Of a stretch of 64,000 bases of DNA, positions 51,627-61,742 are shown piece by piece (the first letter of the stretch is position 1; every line of letters starts with the position of its first letter). Below the pieces are notes generated by a model. The model saw only the letters and a list, made by a program, of their open reading frames with translations, was not told where the DNA came from and made no database searches. The stretch lies in IMG/VR virus record IMGVR_UViG_3300029288_004596, positions 152,900 to 216,899 of that record; one strand, given 5' to 3'. A program made the position numbers and the translations under genes. Source of the stretch: a virus. Lineage: Duplodnaviria > Caudoviricetes.

Positions 51627-53329
51627 GGTATGTGAATCAACAGGCTGAGCTGCCCAAGGTTATATCTGACCTGGCTATGGATGGAGTTCTATATGTGGAT
51701 ATGGAGGCCTCTGGACTGGATCCTCACACTAGCATACCATGGCTATTCACTGTAAAGTGCGCTAGGGAAATCTATATCATAGACCTGAGGAAAGTGAATA
51801 TATATCCAATGAAGGAGTTGCTGGAATCCAGAACTCTAGTGGGACACAACATAGCCTATGATCTTGGGCTTTTAAAGGCCATGAATATAGTCCCTTCCAA
51901 AGTCTATTGCACTATGATGGCTGAATCTGTCCTTACCATGGGCAAGGGTCTTAAGGTAGACTTGGCTTCCGTGTGCGAGAGAAGACTTGGCAGGGTCATA
52001 GACAAATCCTTCAGGGAATCTTTTATTATGGATCCAGCTGAGGCCAGGAAATATATAGCTGATTGGTCCAATGATCTGCTGGTATATTCAGCCAGGGATG
52101 TGGATTTTCTACAGGATATCATGGAGTCTCAGAGACAAGAAGGTCTGTATAAGGTCATAGAACTGGAAAACAACTTGGTCCCAGTGACAGTTAACATGTC
52201 TTATACAGGAGTTCAGATAGACATAGATAGGTGGCTGAGACTCTACGCTCAGAACAAGATAGCCCTCTCAGAAGCTCATGTCAAAGCTTGCATGGCCTTA
52301 AGGGCTGAACCTGAATACTCTTTGTTCAGCGATGAAGTGAGATATGATTCAGTGAATCTTTCCAGTGTGCCCACTGTGAAAAGACTCCTATCTAACTTGG
52401 GTATTGAGTTAGAAAAGACTGACAGGGAAACCCTGCAGACTGTGGATCATCCAGCTGTGGAGGCTCTATTGGAATACAGGACTTTGGCTAAGGAGCTTTC
52501 CTCCTATGGGTCCAACTGGAGGGAGTATATAAACCCTGTTACTGGAAGAATACATTCTTCTTTCAGACAGATAGGGTGTCAGACTGGCAGGTATTCTGGA
52601 ACAGCTCCCAGTCTGCAGACTATACCGGCTAACCCGGAGTATAGGGAATGTTTTGTGGCAACCCCAGGCAATGTCCTGGTGTATGCTGACTATGATTCCA
52701 TAGAGATGAGGATACTGGCGACTGTTTCCAAGTGCCAGTCCTTGTCAGAAGCTTTTGAGAAAGGAGAAGACGTCCATGCCAGGACAGCTTCCATAATGTT
52801 GGGAGTTTCCCTGGAAGAGTGCGGCAAAGGGACCAGGAACAGAGAGATAGGAAAGACCTTGAACTACTCCATTATCTATGGACAGGGAGCTGAGAAACTC
52901 TCCAAGAGTCTAAGCGTTACTGTAGATGAAGCTTCAAAGCTGATAGAGAGATACTTCTCTACCCTGCCGGAGATAAAGAAGTGGCAGTCGGATTCTCTGG
53001 AGTTTACTCAGGAGAACAAGTATGCCGAGACCATACTGGGAAGGAGGAGATACTTTATAGAAGGGGATGAAAAAGCTATGAGGGCAACTGCTATAAACAT
53101 GCCCATACAAGGAACTTCAGCTGATATAACCAAGTCAGCTATGGTTGCCATGCATAAAAGGGCTCCCTTCATTATAAATACTGTTCATGACGAGATAATA
53201 GCAGAGTGTCCGGAAGGGATAAAAGATGAGGTCCTTGAAGTCATAGAGACAAGCATGGTGGAGTCAGCCAGAGCCTTTGGGATTGAGGCCACAGTCTCTA
53301 TAAAGTCAGGGAGCCATTGGTCAAAGTAA
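51623..53329 (+). CDS. polA: family A DNA polymerase with 3'-5' exonuclease
   Basis: DMEASG, GHN-AYD, TGRYS, YADYDSIEMR, K-LNYSIIYG, NMPIQGTSAD, VHDE. Confidence 0.95.
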   Translation: MRYVNQQAELPKVISDLAMDGVLYVDMEASGLDPHTSIPWLFTVKCAREIYIIDLRKVNIYPMKELLESRTLVGHNIAYDLGLLKAMNIVPSKVYCTMMAESVLTMGKGLKVDLASVCERRLGRVIDKSFRESFIMDPAEARKYIADWSNDLLVYSARDVDFLQDIMESQRQEGLYKVIELENNLVPVTVNMSYTGVQIDIDRWLRLYAQNKIALSEAHVKACMALRAEPEYSLFSDEVRYDSVNLSSVPTVKRLLSNLGIELEKTDRETLQTVDHPAVEALLEYRTLAKELSSYGSNWREYINPVTGRIHSSFRQIGCQTGRYSGTAPSLQTIPANPEYRECFVATPGNVLVYADYDSIEMRILATVSKCQSLSEAFEKGEDVHARTASIMLGVSLEECGKGTRNREIGKTLNYSIIYGQGAEKLSKSLSVTVDEASKLIERYFSTLPEIKKWQSDSLEFTQENKYAETILGRRRYFIEGDEKAMRATAINMPIQGTSADITKSAMVAMHKRAPFIINTVHDEIIAECPEGIKDEVLEVIETSMVESARAFGIEATVSIKSGSHWSK

Positions 53330-53760
53330 TGTTCTCTCAGATAGAAGAATTAAAAAAGGACTTATCCTCCAGGGATAAGTCCTGTATGACTCAGATGTTT
53401 AATCGGCACAACGTTTTTATAACTGATTCCATAAATCAGTTCTGTGCCGACTTTGAGAGGGACGGAGACTTCAAGAGTGCCACTTACAAGGCGTTTCATC
53501 TTGGGTTTTGTCCAGGGGTGTATAGGAACCAGGAACTGTTCCTGGGGTGTCCTATAGAAGAGGAGAAGAGAGACAGCTGTCAGCTGCTTGGCGTCTTAGA
53601 CTCCTTGGATGGTATAATAGAACTACTGGCTCAGGCCGTAGAAAGGATCCTGGATGACAAAGAAACTATGGAGGATTGCCTTTTGTCTGTAGTTAGACTA
53701 GGGCTCACTATGGGTTGGCGCTGCAGCGCCAGCATGGAGGGATCGTGTCAGAATATATAG
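53329..53760 (+). CDS. hypothetical helical protein; paralog of next ORF
   Basis: AFHLGFCPG...CP...C...MGW. Confidence 0.65.
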   Translation: MFSQIEELKKDLSSRDKSCMTQMFNRHNVFITDSINQFCADFERDGDFKSATYKAFHLGFCPGVYRNQELFLGCPIEEEKRDSCQLLGVLDSLDGIIELLAQAVERILDDKETMEDCLLSVVRLGLTMGWRCSASMEGSCQNI

Positions 53761-54179
53761 ATAACCTTGTTGGAATGAAAGAAGTGCTCCCCAAACACGA
53801 GGTAGAAGAAGCTATGACCTTCATGAAGGAGAATGAGGAGAAAATAAAAGACTTCCTGGAAAACAACGATAAGGATATGACTGGGGATATAATAGCTGAT
53901 AAGTGTTTCACGGCCTTTCACTATGGGGTGTGCATAGGAGCGCACAAGTCCCTTGAGAAGTCCCGCATGAACTGTCCTGTCTTTACAGGCAAGGCTGTGG
54001 AAGACTGCAGAGTCTATCAGATCCTGACTCAGGATTCCAGCATCAAGACTTTTAGCCAGATAATGTCCAATGTCACAGGAGCTGTGCGCACTGACGATGT
54101 CAGCGTGTTGAGACTGGCTTCTATTGTCTTTGAGTTGTCTCTATTGCTGGGATGGTCCATATCCGGGGAGTTGCAATGA
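53745..54179 (+). CDS. hypothetical helical protein
   Basis: AFHYGVCIG...CP...C...LGW; GGAGG SD + GTG. Confidence 0.65.
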   Translation: MSEYIDNLVGMKEVLPKHEVEEAMTFMKENEEKIKDFLENNDKDMTGDIIADKCFTAFHYGVCIGAHKSLEKSRMNCPVFTGKAVEDCRVYQILTQDSSIKTFSQIMSNVTGAVRTDDVSVLRLASIVFELSLLLGWSISGELQ

Positions 54180-54586
54180 TCAAGGTGTGGCTGCAGTGGC
54201 AGAAGGACTTTGATTCTAAACCTGAAGTCCCTACTCTGGAAGAGTGCTATGGGGGACCTGTGGATGGCCCAGTCCCTGAAAAGTGGGAGTCTATGCTCCC
54301 TCAGGAAAAAGAGTTTATTCTGGGAAAGTATGGGTCTTTTCTAAGTTATGCTCAGGAGTTGGTTGCTTTAGCTGAGAATAGGAAAGAGACCTTTGAGAAG
54401 GAATGGAACTTTATATCCTGCAGGGCCTGCGCTTCAGTCAATGAGAAGATAGTTCAGTCCCCATGGATAGAGGGCATTCCCACCTATTCCACTGATGATC
54501 ATATGGAGATGGTAGAACAGGAAGCTACTCGATCCATTCATGAGATTTTAATCAAGGAGCATGGCGTAAGTCCCTATGACTTGTAG
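54176..54586 (+). CDS. hypothetical protein
   Basis: last + strand ORF before strand switch. Confidence 0.6.
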   Translation: MIKVWLQWQKDFDSKPEVPTLEECYGGPVDGPVPEKWESMLPQEKEFILGKYGSFLSYAQELVALAENRKETFEKEWNFISCRACASVNEKIVQSPWIEGIPTYSTDDHMEMVEQEATRSIHEILIKEHGVSPYDL

Positions 54587-54798
54587 CCTAGCTTTTCCAG
54601 CAGGTTTTCGTTCTGCAACTTAGCGGAGAGAGCTTTTTCTTCAGCTCTCTCCCTTAAGTATTCATATACGCATTTGAGGGAGCAGAACCTCTGGGACTTT
54701 TGGGTCTCCTCATAAAAGGTGATAATAGACTTGGCGGATTTCTTTTTGCAGTGGACGCAGGGTCCAGAGTCAGACCATTCAATAGTTACTCTCTTCAT
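54574..54798 (-). CDS. small Zn-finger (TRASH-like) protein
   Basis: CVHC...FCSLKC. Confidence 0.65.
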   Translation of the reverse strand: MKRVTIEWSDSGPCVHCKKKSAKSIITFYEETQKSQRFCSLKCVYEYLRERAEEKALSAKLQNENLLEKLGYKS

Positions 54799-55448
54799 CC
54801 CAATCTCCTAATCTCCTCTTTCAGGTATACTCCAAGGATCTTCTTGCTGTTAGTTATGTTAGTCTTCACAGACTTATAACTCTTCAGGTGCAGCATGGCG
54901 GCTATGACCTTGTCCGAGTACCCATCCAGGTACTTCAGCTTGATAATAGCCCTCTGCTTCGCTGTTAATTTGTTCCACCCATACCCCGCCGTCTTCCCAG
55001 ACACCCATTCAGAATCTAATTCTGGTTCCTTATCCAGGGAATAGTACTCGTCCCCCTCAATGATCTTGGTCTTGCATACTAAGGGATCCCTTATCAGTTG
55101 CTGGATCTGTTTCTTGAAAGTGTACTTGAAGTTAGGGGCTATGGCCATGTACTTCTTGGCTGTTAATAGTAATGCCAAGATAGCTTCTTGCTTTATGTCC
55201 TCAGTTTCATACGCTTTGAGAAGTCTTGCCAGTTCCGAGGCTGTAGTCTGAGTGTCTGTTCCGCCCAGCATCCTGAGGAAATGGTTTATATCCCCATCAC
55301 TAGGATCCCAGATTCCATAGACGCAGAGTCTGGAATACTTATCCAGAATAGGGGAGAAGGCTTCTATGAGTTTAGAGGCAGCTTCCACTGAACCACCCTT
55401 GTAATCAGCCACTATGGAATTGAGTTCCTCAGTGGTATGTTTGCTCAT
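54795..55448 (-). CDS. sigma-factor-like protein
   Basis: YKGGSVEAASKLIEAF-P; EDIKQE; LTAKQRAIIKLKYLDGYSDKVIA (region 4 HTH). Confidence 0.7.
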   Translation of the reverse strand: MSKHTTEELNSIVADYKGGSVEAASKLIEAFSPILDKYSRLCVYGIWDPSDGDINHFLRMLGGTDTQTTASELARLLKAYETEDIKQEAILALLLTAKKYMAIAPNFKYTFKKQIQQLIRDPLVCKTKIIEGDEYYSLDKEPELDSEWVSGKTAGYGWNKLTAKQRAIIKLKYLDGYSDKVIAAMLHLKSYKSVKTNITNSKKILGVYLKEEIRRLG

Positions 55449-55954
55449 TTTGTTTTCAGATTCATTGACGCTGGGTCAAACTTAGTAGCTGTGCTAATGG
55501 AGTTAGGCATGCAGTTAACCACCATTTCCACAGCCAGCATTATCCTGAGCATCTCGGCGCTCACAAGGGAACCTGGAATCCTCTTAGTCTGCATGTAGTT
55601 GAGGACTCCCATGGCTTTGAAGTGATCCATGAGCCACTGGTTTTCAGCCTGACTTCTGGTAACTACCTGCACCTTGTCCACCATGTCATTAGGAGCCACC
55701 TGTATCTGCTGCCTGAGCTGCTGTTCTATCTCCAGGTTCTCATGCAGCTGATAGGTGTAGAACCACTCGATAAAGGTCTCGTAGCTTCCTGGCCTTACCA
55801 ATATGTGGGCTACAGAATCCCCAGACTTCATGATATCCTGAATGTAGTTTCCTAGACCAGCTAGGTACTCATCCTTGTCTGGCATATTAGCCAGAGCGTC
55901 ATACGCTGGGCTGTTCTCGCTTACCTCTTCTGGCTTTACGTTTTCTTTTAACAT
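55445..55954 (-). CDS. hypothetical; paralog of 63465-63932
   Basis: ETFIEWFY...IQVAP...TRS...WL..HF...MLAVE. Confidence 0.7.
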   Translation of the reverse strand: MLKENVKPEEVSENSPAYDALANMPDKDEYLAGLGNYIQDIMKSGDSVAHILVRPGSYETFIEWFYTYQLHENLEIEQQLRQQIQVAPNDMVDKVQVVTRSQAENQWLMDHFKAMGVLNYMQTKRIPGSLVSAEMLRIMLAVEMVVNCMPNSISTATKFDPASMNLKTK

Positions 55955-56076
55955 TGTTGTCCTCCGTCTTCTTCTTCCATGCCTCATGGATAGTAGTTTC
56001 ATTTCCCTCTATAAGTCCCAGGATCTCGTTTGTCTCTGGGTCCCTTATCCTTATCTTTTCCATTGGCGGCCTGCTT

Positions 56077-56319
56077 CTATGAGCTCTGTGTAAAACAGGA
56101 CTCGACATTTGCTGTAGGGAGAGGCTCTCCATCGCAGCATGTGCAGCGCGGAAATGTGTCTAGGATAAATGTCACGTTTTCTACTGGTATTAGGCCAGTA
56201 GCCTCACCTCCGCCATATGCGCTAGGTATCACCACGAAACCATCTTGTATGTATGGTTTGGTATCTGAGTAGTGTTCTACTCCATGAATGGTGTGTATTT
56301 CGTATCTACTTCCTTCCAT
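56077..56319 (-). CDS. hypothetical protein
   Basis: AAGGAAG upstream; 80 aa ORF. Confidence 0.55.
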   Translation of the reverse strand: MEGSRYEIHTIHGVEHYSDTKPYIQDGFVVIPSAYGGGEATGLIPVENVTFILDTFPRCTCCDGEPLPTANVESCFTQSS

Positions 56320-56403
56320 TTTTCTTCCTTTCCTTTGGATATTTAGCTGCCTTTGGTTCTACTATTCCTAGAAGCAGTCTGTAGTATATCTTAGCTAACC
56401 AAC

Positions 56404-56790
56404 TCATAGCGTCTTGGGATCGTCTCCTGTGTAGGAAAATTCGCTATATCTGCTGATGATGTCATTCATCATGGCGTCCCACTTGTCCACGTTTGCTCCT
56501 GGTTCCACTACATTCCCATGGGGTCTAGCGTTCATCAAAGAATCGGGATCTACCATGGGTCTCCTCATCTTTTCAGTGATAAACACATAGTTTTCTTTGT
56601 TCTTGTGGGTGCAGACGCAAACCATGTGTCTGGTCTTTCTCTGTTCGCATCTTACGCAGTCTATGTGGTGGGGGTTATAATGTTCACACATGGAACAAAC
56701 CATGCACTTCTTAAATGAAGGGCACTTATTGTGCAGATGGGTTGAGTACAGCTCTCCTCTTAGAAAGTTTGGGGTATCCATTGCGTTCAA
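56404..56790 (-). CDS. Cys/His-rich hypothetical protein
   Basis: multiple CxxC motifs. Confidence 0.6.
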   Translation of the reverse strand: MNAMDTPNFLRGELYSTHLHNKCPSFKKCMVCSMCEHYNPHHIDCVRCEQRKTRHMVCVCTHKNKENYVFITEKMRRPMVDPDSLMNARPHGNVVEPGANVDKWDAMMNDIISRYSEFSYTGDDPKTL

Positions 56791-57298
56791 GAAGGCCGGG
56801 CAGGTCCCAACCTATCTCTGTTCCTCCTGTCCTCTTGGGAATCCTTATCTTATTTACTGGAATAAATTCCTTCCTTTCAAAGTAGGACTCTGGGATAGTG
56901 GCTCTCTCTTTGTAGATTTCCTTCTCTATCTTTTCCCAGTCCCCAACTCTAATGGCATAAGCCTTGGGATCCCTCGTGTATACTATCTTGCCTCTGGGGT
57001 ATTTCTTATTGGTTACTTTGTCTTTTCTTCTTCTGAAACAGATTATTATGAAACCTACAGTTCCATTCTTTTCTCCCTTGAGCATGTCTTCCTTCTGGTG
57101 TTCCTGGAGATTGTCTAGGGGAAAGCACGCAAACTTCTCAAGACTCTTGGCCTCAAGGTCATAGTGTATGCCATTGACTACTGCCCAGAAGTCACAGGGT
57201 TTGGATATGTGTCCAACCTCATGTCTGCCATAGTACCAGTTGAAATGGGTCATGGAGTGGTCGAGTTCCACCTCAAACTTGTTCAAGTTCTTTCCCAC
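56726..57298 (-). CDS. hypothetical protein
   Basis: 190 aa ORF; KPCD..YDLEAK could be PD-(D/E)xK-like (RecU-like). Confidence 0.55.
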   Translation of the reverse strand: MGKNLNKFEVELDHSMTHFNWYYGRHEVGHISKPCDFWAVVNGIHYDLEAKSLEKFACFPLDNLQEHQKEDMLKGEKNGTVGFIIICFRRRKDKVTNKKYPRGKIVYTRDPKAYAIRVGDWEKIEKEIYKERATIPESYFERKEFIPVNKIRIPKRTGGTEIGWDLPGLLERNGYPKLSKRRAVLNPSAQ

Positions 57299-57458
57299 AT
57301 CTCATGCAGAAGAATGCCCTTTTAGTGCCAGCCACTTCCACAGTCCTGCCATTAGGGGCTCTCACTAAAGTCACAGGGTTCTTGACCTCAAAGTTATAGG
57401 CGTCATTGTTTCCGCAGTATGGACATTCCACTTTGTTGGGAATCTTGCTAACAATCAT
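57273..57458 (-). CDS. Zn-ribbon protein
   Basis: GGAGGT SD; CPYCG...CMRCG. Confidence 0.65.
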   Translation of the reverse strand: MIVSKIPNKVECPYCGNNDAYNFEVKNPVTLVRAPNGRTVEVAGTKRAFFCMRCGKELEQV

Positions 57459-57485
57459 TTCTACCTCCAATAATATTATAGCGTA

Positions 57486-58646
57486 TCACAGCTTGTTTAA
57501 CATAGTTGCCAGTTCCTGTATGGGTTCCACCTCAAGTTCTGGGTAGTTGCCCAAGTACAGGCTGTACTTATGGACGAACTCTGTGTTAGGAAAGTCCTCT
57601 GGTTCTATCCCTAACTCTCTGAGATAAGGTCTCATATAGGGTTGTCTTATTTGGTTGCCTCCACCAGACATTCCTCTCCTGAACTCTATGTCATTTTCTG
57701 TGAGCAGATCTATAACTCTTCTCATTAGGTCATTGTCAGGCTCTCTCAGCATCAGAGTAAGTGCATAATTTGCACATCCTTCCTGTTTGAAGTCTGTGTA
57801 GTACTTACTAATATCTAATGTTTCCAGGAAAGCCTTGAGGTTTCTATTCCTGAGGGCTATATTAGAGTCCAGTCTTCTCAGCTGGGATCTTCCAAGGACC
57901 CCATTTATTTCAGTTGGTCTATTATTATATCCTTTGATAGCGAAGGTAAACTCTGGGTAGATATCCGGGTGTTCCTCAGCGTATATCTGTTTTACTCTTT
58001 CATTGGTGGATTCTCTCACCATTCCATGGGATCTCATGATCCTGGCAAAGTCAGCCAGGTAAGCTGTAGAGGTGGAAATCATTCCCCCCTCTATTGTAGA
58101 TCCGATATGGGCATAGAAGAATGAGGAGTTGGATATCTCCCCTAGGGCTCCTATCTGGACTCCGTCCAAAGTAGCCCCATAGCTTTCACACACATCATTG
58201 ATAAGCATAGGCCTGTCCTGATCCAGAAACCAAGGCTCTAAGGCATTGTAACCCATGATGTGTGTCAACAATACAGCTCTGGTGCTAGGATTTATAGCCT
58301 CCATAACTCTTTCCAGATCCATTCCCATGGTCCTTAAGTCTATATCCACGAACCTTGGTCTAAGACCAGCTCTAAGGATAGAGGTTATATCAGAGACCCA
58401 GTTCAATGGGGAGACTATAACTTCCCCAGACCCCTTGATCTCTTTTACTATATCCATAGTTATCTGGTTGGCTGAGGCTCCAGAGTTGACCATCACAGAG
58501 TAGTCTGTGCCTATCCACTGAGACCACTCATCCTCAAAGAGTTTGACCTGTTCTCCATTGGTCAGCCTGGGTTCCTCCTGGGATAGGTAAGCTATGAGGT
58601 TGTCCAGGTCTTCTCTGGTTATATTGTTTTTCATTAAAGGCCACAT
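57486..58646 (-). CDS. DegT/DnrJ-family PLP enzyme, ColD/E1-type nucleotide-sugar 3-dehydratase
   Basis: VNSGASAN, D-CES-GA, SFFYAH (His at the usual Lys position), EGG, R-HG. Confidence 0.85.
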   Translation of the reverse strand: MWPLMKNNITREDLDNLIAYLSQEEPRLTNGEQVKLFEDEWSQWIGTDYSVMVNSGASANQITMDIVKEIKGSGEVIVSPLNWVSDITSILRAGLRPRFVDIDLRTMGMDLERVMEAINPSTRAVLLTHIMGYNALEPWFLDQDRPMLINDVCESYGATLDGVQIGALGEISNSSFFYAHIGSTIEGGMISTSTAYLADFARIMRSHGMVRESTNERVKQIYAEEHPDIYPEFTFAIKGYNNRPTEINGVLGRSQLRRLDSNIALRNRNLKAFLETLDISKYYTDFKQEGCANYALTLMLREPDNDLMRRVIDLLTENDIEFRRGMSGGGNQIRQPYMRPYLRELGIEPEDFPNTEFVHKYSLYLGNYPELEVEPIQELATMLNKL

Positions 58647-58647
58647 A

Positions 58648-59586
58648 TTATATTCCTTTGTACCAGTCTATTGTTTTCTTTATCCCTTCTTCCAGGGATG
58701 TGCTTGACTCAAAGCCCAAGGTCTTCTTAGCTTTATCCACATTCACAAATCTTTTGGGGATCATTGTGGGTTTATCAGCGTTGTACACTATCTTTGGGTA
58801 GTAGTCTTCTATGGAGCATATTGTGTCCAGCATCTGTTTTACTGAAACTCCTACTCCAGATCCTATGTTAAAATCGTCTCCACTCTTTCCCTTGTCTATG
58901 GCTAGCATCACAGCGTCTATGAAGTCATCCACATACAAAAGATCTCTTACGTCATTTCCATCTCCCCATACTTCCAGTGGATCATCTCTTCTTACTACCT
59001 TGTTTATGAGAGAAGGCAGAACATGGGCTCCTTCCAAGTCAAATTTGTCATGAGGTCCATAGACATTGGCCGCTCTCAAGGTCACTATGTCCATCTTCTT
59101 AGGGACATGTTCCGTATACATCTTTCCCAGTATCTCAGACCATCTCTTTATCCACCCCACTATGTAGTACTTGCTGTAGGGATCTCCCTGTAATATCAAG
59201 TCTTCTGTGGCGGGTTCATCCTTTGTGTCAGGGTAGGATGTTGTGCTTCCTATCAGGATGAACTTCTTAACCCCAGCCTTGTATGCGCTATCCAGGGTGT
59301 TGACATGCATTACTACATTAGGGAGTATAAAGGACTCAGGGGAGTTCTGCATCTTGTTAGCTCCAAAGGTGTAAGCGGCAAAGTGTATCACTACATCTAT
59401 CCCGTTCATTATAGCTCTGCACTCTTCGAGGTTAGTGAGATCTGTTTTTGCGTAACTGACACCAGGAATCTTTTCTGGAATCTTATTGTGGTAGGAGCTC
59501 AGCACTTCTATTCCCTGAGACGCTAATCTTTTAGTCATATTAGTCCCTAGAAGTCCAGCTCCTCCCGTGACTAGCGCTTTATACAT
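58648..59586 (-). CDS. NAD-dependent epimerase/reductase (GDP-fucose synthase-like)
   Basis: TGGAGLLG, NVYGP-D-F, HVLPSL, VWGDG...RD; W replaces the YxxxK Tyr. Confidence 0.85.
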   Translation of the reverse strand: MYKALVTGGAGLLGTNMTKRLASQGIEVLSSYHNKIPEKIPGVSYAKTDLTNLEECRAIMNGIDVVIHFAAYTFGANKMQNSPESFILPNVVMHVNTLDSAYKAGVKKFILIGSTTSYPDTKDEPATEDLILQGDPYSKYYIVGWIKRWSEILGKMYTEHVPKKMDIVTLRAANVYGPHDKFDLEGAHVLPSLINKVVRRDDPLEVWGDGNDVRDLLYVDDFIDAVMLAIDKGKSGDDFNIGSGVGVSVKQMLDTICSIEDYYPKIVYNADKPTMIPKRFVNVDKAKKTLGFESSTSLEEGIKKTIDWYKGI

Positions 59587-60568
59587 ATTTGGGCTCCTTG
59601 AATACTTTGAATCTATCCTGGGCTATGTCTCTGTTTTCTTCATACCAGTCTATAGTTCTGGCTATTCCTTCTGACAGGGATGTGGAGTTGAACTTTCCGA
59701 GTTTGGCTTCAGCTTTTGTCATGTCCATCATCCTTACAGGTTCTCCTGTAGGTTTGGAGGTATCCCATGCCACTTGAGTGGATAATCCCAGATACTTTAT
59801 TATTTCCTCTACCACCTCTCTTATGCTGAATGTGGTTCCGCTTCCCAGATTTAATGGATCACAGTCAGCTGACTTCTCCATGGCAAGCAGCATTCCTCTA
59901 GCGCAGTCCTCGGAAAATATGAAGTCTCTTCTGATAGAGCCGTCTCCCCACACTTTTAGCGGGTTCTCTCCGCTCAGGGCCCTGTGTATAAGAGCTGGTA
60001 TCACCATAGCTGTAGAGGGATCGAAGTTATCCCAGGGTCCATAGACATTGGCTGGTCTAACTATAGCTATCTTGTCCCATCCAAACTCAGCCTTATAGGC
60101 TTCCGCCTGAAGTTCTCCTATCCTCTTGGCCCATGCTGAGTACTTGTCTGTGTAGTGAGGCTGGCCATTCCACATGTCCTCTTCCTTATAGATCTCCGCT
60201 GGGGCGTAGGTTCCTATAGTGGATGTGTACAGGTATCTCTCTACCCCTTCCTGCCTAGCCGCTTCCATCATATGGGTATTGAAGAGAAGGTGGGATACCA
60301 GGTTCGTAGCGGCTCTGGAGGCCCCTATGCTTACAGAGGCCTTTATTCCCACTAGATGAAACACCAGGTCCATATCCTTGACAGCATCTCTACAGTCATC
60401 CCAGTACACAAGATTCTTTTGCATGAACTCACAGCCCTTAGGACATCTGTCTGGCGTATCCATAGAGACTACCCTTACACTGGCTCCTTCTTTCAAGAGC
60501 GCCTCCACTAAGGGCCTTCCTATGAGTCCAGTGCCTCCAGTGACTAGAACATTCTTGTTCTTATACAT
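59579..60568 (-). CDS. NAD-dependent epimerase/reductase (GDP-fucose synthase-like)
   Basis: TGGTGLIG, AWAKR, RPANVYGP-DNF, VWGDG. Confidence 0.85.
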   Translation of the reverse strand: MYKNKNVLVTGGTGLIGRPLVEALLKEGASVRVVSMDTPDRCPKGCEFMQKNLVYWDDCRDAVKDMDLVFHLVGIKASVSIGASRAATNLVSHLLFNTHMMEAARQEGVERYLYTSTIGTYAPAEIYKEEDMWNGQPHYTDKYSAWAKRIGELQAEAYKAEFGWDKIAIVRPANVYGPWDNFDPSTAMVIPALIHRALSGENPLKVWGDGSIRRDFIFSEDCARGMLLAMEKSADCDPLNLGSGTTFSIREVVEEIIKYLGLSTQVAWDTSKPTGEPVRMMDMTKAEAKLGKFNSTSLSEGIARTIDWYEENRDIAQDRFKVFKEPKYV

Positions 60569-60576
60569 AGTGTCTC

Positions 60577-61242
60577 CTATATAAGCTCAAAATTATAATC
60601 TCTATTAAGCCTGTCAGTCAGCTCCTGAGTTTTCTGGATGTAGAATATCCTGCCAGCCTTGTCACATTCTGGGAAATACTTCTTGGCTAAGGCTATCACT
60701 CCATAGTGCACTCCTTCTATATGGTCTACATGTTTGTGTTCCTCTATGAAGTCTGGATCGCAGTCCTGCCATGCTTTGGTGTAGTCATGGCTCATGATAA
60801 TCCCGCCATTCTTTACTTTGGAGTACCAGGAGAAGATGTCTCTTTTTACTCCATCGTATCTGTGGTCCGCATCAGCGAAAAGGATATCCACGCTGTGATT
60901 GGCAAACTCTCTGACAGGACTTATGGAGTCTCCCACCACCATGATCACATGGTTTTCTCCACCCACAGCTTTAATATTTTCTCTGAAGATATTGATGACA
61001 TCATAGTTGTTGTAGATGTCATTGCAGGTGCACTCCTGGTCCAGCTCATGCCAGAGGTCTACGCAATACATCTTCCCATTGTTCTTTATCACATGTGGAA
61101 GCATTGTTATAGTGGAAGCTCCAGTAAAACTGCCCAGTTCCACAACCACCATGTTTTCCTTGCTGTTCTCTCCCAGCACAAGGTTTAATCCTTCTATGTC
61201 TTCCTGTCTCTGCTGAGGCAATACTAAATTTATGTTGCTCAT
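60577..61242 (-). CDS. class I SAM-dependent methyltransferase
   Basis: VELGSFTGAS, VD-W, DADH-Y, GG...HDY. Confidence 0.85.
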   Translation of the reverse strand: MSNINLVLPQQRQEDIEGLNLVLGENSKENMVVVELGSFTGASTITMLPHVIKNNGKMYCVDLWHELDQECTCNDIYNNYDVINIFRENIKAVGGENHVIMVVGDSISPVREFANHSVDILFADADHRYDGVKRDIFSWYSKVKNGGIIMSHDYTKAWQDCDPDFIEEHKHVDHIEGVHYGVIALAKKYFPECDKAGRIFYIQKTQELTDRLNRDYNFELI

Positions 61243-61742
61243 ATCTCCGTCCTATCTCTATATGAAAGTACAGGTGTACTAACTGGCCAGTATACGCCAA
61301 GTTCGGGGCTATCATACCTGATAGTGAACTGGCTTGACCTGTCATAGTACTCCGACTGTTTATAGCTAAACACCGCGTAGTCTGTCAGTATCAAGTGCCC
61401 ATTCCCAAACTTGGGAGGCACCAGTATCTGAAAGTAATCCTCTGTTCCTAAAGTAAAGGATGTCCACTTTCTAAACTCTGGACTCTCCTTATCATAGTTG
61501 ACTACCACAAGATATATCTTTCCGTAAGGGCAGGAGATAAGCTTGTAGGTTTTGGAGTCCCCATGTATTCCTCTTAATACATTTTTGCTAGATACAGACA
61601 CGTCATCCTGCACAAAGTCTATTCCCAGCTGTTCATAGTCCCTCTTGTTATAGGTCTCTATATATATTCCCCTATGATCCACAGCTGGTTTTTCAGGAAC
61701 TATCTTCAGTACCCCATCTAGGGGCGTATTACACACATTCAT
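61239..61742 (-). CDS. rmlC: dTDP-4-dehydrorhamnose 3,5-epimerase family
   Basis: D-RG...E, FVQD..S-S-K-VLRGIH, GNGH, YK. Confidence 0.88.
   Translation of the reverse strand: MNVCNTPLDGVLKIVPEKPAVDHRGIYIETYNKRDYEQLGIDFVQDDVSVSSKNVLRGIHGDSKTYKLISCPYGKIYLVVVNYDKESPEFRKWTSFTLGTEDYFQILVPPKFGNGHLILTDYAVFSYKQSEYYDRSSQFTIRYDSPELGVYWPVSTPVLSYRDRTEI

Noticed and set aside
13587-53945. Minus-strand ORFs in the + strand region, and + strand ORFs beyond 55 kb
   Set aside because: They are antisense shadows of well-supported genes and carry no recognisable motifs.
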